Origin: Calcarisporiella thermophila CBS 279.70
Taxonomy: Eukaryota > Fungi > Calcarisporiellomycota
Direction of reading: 5' to 3'
NCBI RefSeq assembly: GCF_041956535.1
Contig: NW_027192191.1
Span: 1,437,443 to 1,501,442 of the forward strand
DNA length: 64,000 bases
A program made the translations under genes and the position numbers. This document shows positions 61,280 through 64,000 of the stretch, in pieces. The notes below the pieces were generated by a model. The model was not told the DNA's origin and searched no databases. It was given only the letters and a program-made list of their open reading frames with translations. Each line of letters begins with the position of its first letter. Positions within the stretch are counted from its first letter, which is position 1.

Positions 61280-64000
61280 TTAAGCCCCGACCAGTCGGTT
61301 TGTGTAATGCATGTATGGAAGCGTCGCGTTCTGCATGCGAATGCTCTTTCGGGAGTTTTGAGGGTTGGCGGTGTGATTTGCCTTGGTCTCCGAGACCTAA
61401 AAGTACCAGAAAGTGAGAGAGAGATGAGTGGAAGATCAAACATGGGGGCTGCCCTCTCATAAATAGTTACCGCACTCTTCTTTCTCATCCCGCGCAAGAT
61501 GTCTTCGTAGTGCTTTGAAAGGGCGCTCCGTAACACACGCTCACGGAGGCCATCAGGGTTCAGCCACTTGAGCAAATTGTCCAGCTCCTCTCGTTTCTGG
61601 AAGTAAGCCCACCCTGTAAACGCCTCGTCTTCCTCTGCATACCCGTCCCTCCTCATTCGTTCCTGTATCCTGTCGAGGCCGCGCTCCTCTAGTAGTGCCA
61701 CCTCCTGCTTGCTTGGTGGCTCAATATAGACCCGGCCTGTTGGCGGGAGCAGCGCTGACCCAAGTCCGTCCAAGTAGTAGTATCTAAAAAAGTAGCGATC
61801 CCGCCCCAGAGGTTTGATCCGTGCTATGCTCAACCGTCGGATGTCGAGCTCGAGCTGTGACTCCCGCTTCTCCAGGCTGGCCACGTCTTCTAGAATTTTG
61901 GCCCGTTTCTTGGCATGCTCTCGCCGCCTTGCATTTCGCGCTCGCCTTAGCATTTGCTGATGCTCCAGCTCCTCTTGCCGGCGTTTCTTTTCGGCCTCTC
62001 TCTCTGCCCGTTTGAGCTTGAGAGCTTGCTGCCGCTTCCGCAAATTGGCACGGGCACTTGTATCAGTGGAAAATAAGTGTGGAGTTGGATGGAAGGATAT
62101 GGCTATCTTTTCACAAAAGATACTCACCTTTCCTCTTCGCTCTCTGGGGCGTCTCTCGATCTGCTATTATCGCCGGAGGCGCTTCCTTTATTCTCCTTCC
62201 CGTCAAGCTCCCGTGAAGGCTCCTCCTGCGACTCTTCGTCGTCAGAGTCTTCACTTTCATATTCCTGATCCAACTCTCGCAGAAGTGCTTGTCTGGACAA
62301 GGAAAAAAAAAATACCCCCATTGTTAAATGAAGACCGCTACTTCGAATTCAGGCCTACTTACATTCGTTTTTTCTCACGGGGAATCTCATTCAGTTCTTT
62401 TAGCTTGGTATTCAGCTTTTCGTTGCATTCGTCGATATAACCCCTACGGAAGAAAAAGTTCACTAATCAGCGGATCCAACTCTGGGAGCAACGGTCATAA
62501 CTCACTTAATAGCTGATGTGCCATTTACTAAATCAATTAAGAACTCCAATATCTGTAACTTGTGCTGCACTTGCAATGTGGGGTAATGTTCTACGATATC
62601 CTTTGGTCCAGCCTCAGGGGGTACCATATGATCAAGAATGTGGTCAAGATTAGGAAATTGGTCTCTGTTGGCAAGCTATTGGGGGAGGGGGATGACGGGT
62701 GAATATGCCAAATGCATGAATGGGGGGAGCAGGGGCAAAGAACATACTTCATATAGACAGCCAACTAACACGATCTCCCAGCCCTTTCGCTCCGCGCGTA
62801 TTGGCTGTCGATCCCAGCCTTTGCTAAATCGCTTAACATCTTCCTCGTTCTCCAACCATTCTTCCTCTGAATCCCCAGCACTCGATGTCTCATCCTCCGG
62901 ATAACCCGATCTCTTCTTACTCCGAGTGCGCTCTGCAATAGAACTAGAAGTGCTGTCTTTGGCGTCCGTATTCTTTTCTTCAGAAGGGGAGCGCTCGGCC
63001 AATCGACCTAGGGCAGAAGATAACACAGGCGCTATTGAGCACACCGACTCGCCCCGTAATCGCTCCTTTATAATGATGTTGAGGAGCGCCGAGTGGTACT
63101 CTGCAACCATTTGGCATTTGGGCATATGGGTATCGTGCAAGAGGGATGCCTCGAAGTCCTCTAGAGGAAAGGGCGAGAGGTTGAGGGGTTTTCTGTAGTC
63201 AAGGTCGATGTATAAATCAGAGTTAGAGCCAGTTCATCAGATAGGATCATCAAGACTGTGCGGACCCAAAGAATACAAGAAAGCTCCACACAAGAAGGGC
63301 AGAGTCAAAATAATCTGCGGGCACGGAGAATTCGCGTGAAGGCCTCGGACGAACAGGGGTATCCAGTTTGCTTGAAAGATCCAAGTCGTCCGTAGGTTGT
63401 GCATGCTCTACATAGACAGAGATGTGAGTACGCTTGGGAGATAAAGGGGGAGGAGACGAACCAAGCACACCAACCTTTTCCACTCGATTTTACTCTTTTC
63501 TGTGAATTTTGAGTGTTGTGAGGATTCTCTTCTCCGTCTTTTCGTCTCTTGCGAATATTTACACTAGCATCTCCGTTGGCTCGCTCATGGCTTGAAGGAA
63601 GCCACGTATCTATACAGTATCTTTTGGCCAGGAAAGGCTAAATATTCCCACCAGATACAATGAGGAAACAAAGTTAGTTTGATAATCTGGATACGACCGA
63701 CTTTGGCGAGGAATATTCACCTTGACCATCCATGGGGCGTGGGGATAGTTCTCTTTATATGCTGTTGCACGCACAAAGTATTTCAGGAGATTTTTGGAGA
63801 ATACCATTGTGTCACGACTGAAGAAGAGGCGATGAAAAAAAACAGATATGTTCAGAAAAGGAGGCTTGGGCGATGAGAATAAAAATGCAATTACCAGATC
63901 TCCCTTACAGTCGCGATTTTGGTGTAATTTTCTAGCAGCTGGCCCCTAGGGTCCACCAGGTATATTCGGTATTTGGTGGAGAGAGGGGCGAAATTCTCAC
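61280..64000 (-). CDS. ITC1: ISWI-complex subunit Itc1/Acf1-like (DDT and WHIM/WSD domains), 5' end beyond the window
   Basis: FSKNLLKYFVR...APWMVK, PTDDLDL..RPRP, DDT ALLVWSFLVFFGKPLNLSPFPLEDFEASL, WHIM PLGRDRYFFRYYYLDG and WAYFQKREELDNLLKWLNPDGLRE; ends YMHYTNRLVGA*. Confidence 0.88.

Noticed and set aside
62085-62130. U12-type donor-like ATATCCTT/GTATCCTT strings (also ~44608, ~48865, ~52947, ~54795, ~60273)
   Set aside because: None lies at an exon boundary; the reading frames are explained by ordinary GT-AG introns.

Overview
Gene-dense (about 28 genes in 64 kb), intron-rich eukaryotic DNA with short GT-AG introns and CTRAY branch points. The gene content points to an early-diverging, non-Dikarya fungus (Mucoromycota/Zoopagomycota-like; inference). 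Housekeeping genes include PRP8, FCF2, mitochondrial Lon/PIM1, MIS12, ataxin-10, RRN6/TAF1C, an ITC1/ACF1-like subunit, TPT, EamA, MFS and SSS transporters, and bZIP, C2H2, CCCH, BTB and HARE-HTH proteins. Several genes are familiar from animals but generally missing from model Dikarya: CENATAC/CCDC84, MBIP, CblD/MMADHC and presenilin. The most striking element is a complete TPP riboswitch aptamer (22511-22623) about 390 nt downstream of the stop codon of a DUR31/NCU01977-like sodium:solute symporter. It lies inside a predicted 3'-UTR intron whose 5' splice site is complementary to the aptamer L5/P5 strand, with poly(A)-like signals inside the intron. This is the plant THIC-type 3'-UTR switch architecture, here in a fungal transporter gene. 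Two unusual domain fusions also occur: MYND finger-presenilin and RING-TRAF zinc fingers-LRR. No tRNA, rRNA, snRNA, CRISPR array, transposon or PRP8 intein was recognised. All exon boundaries and family assignments were made by eye, without database searches.
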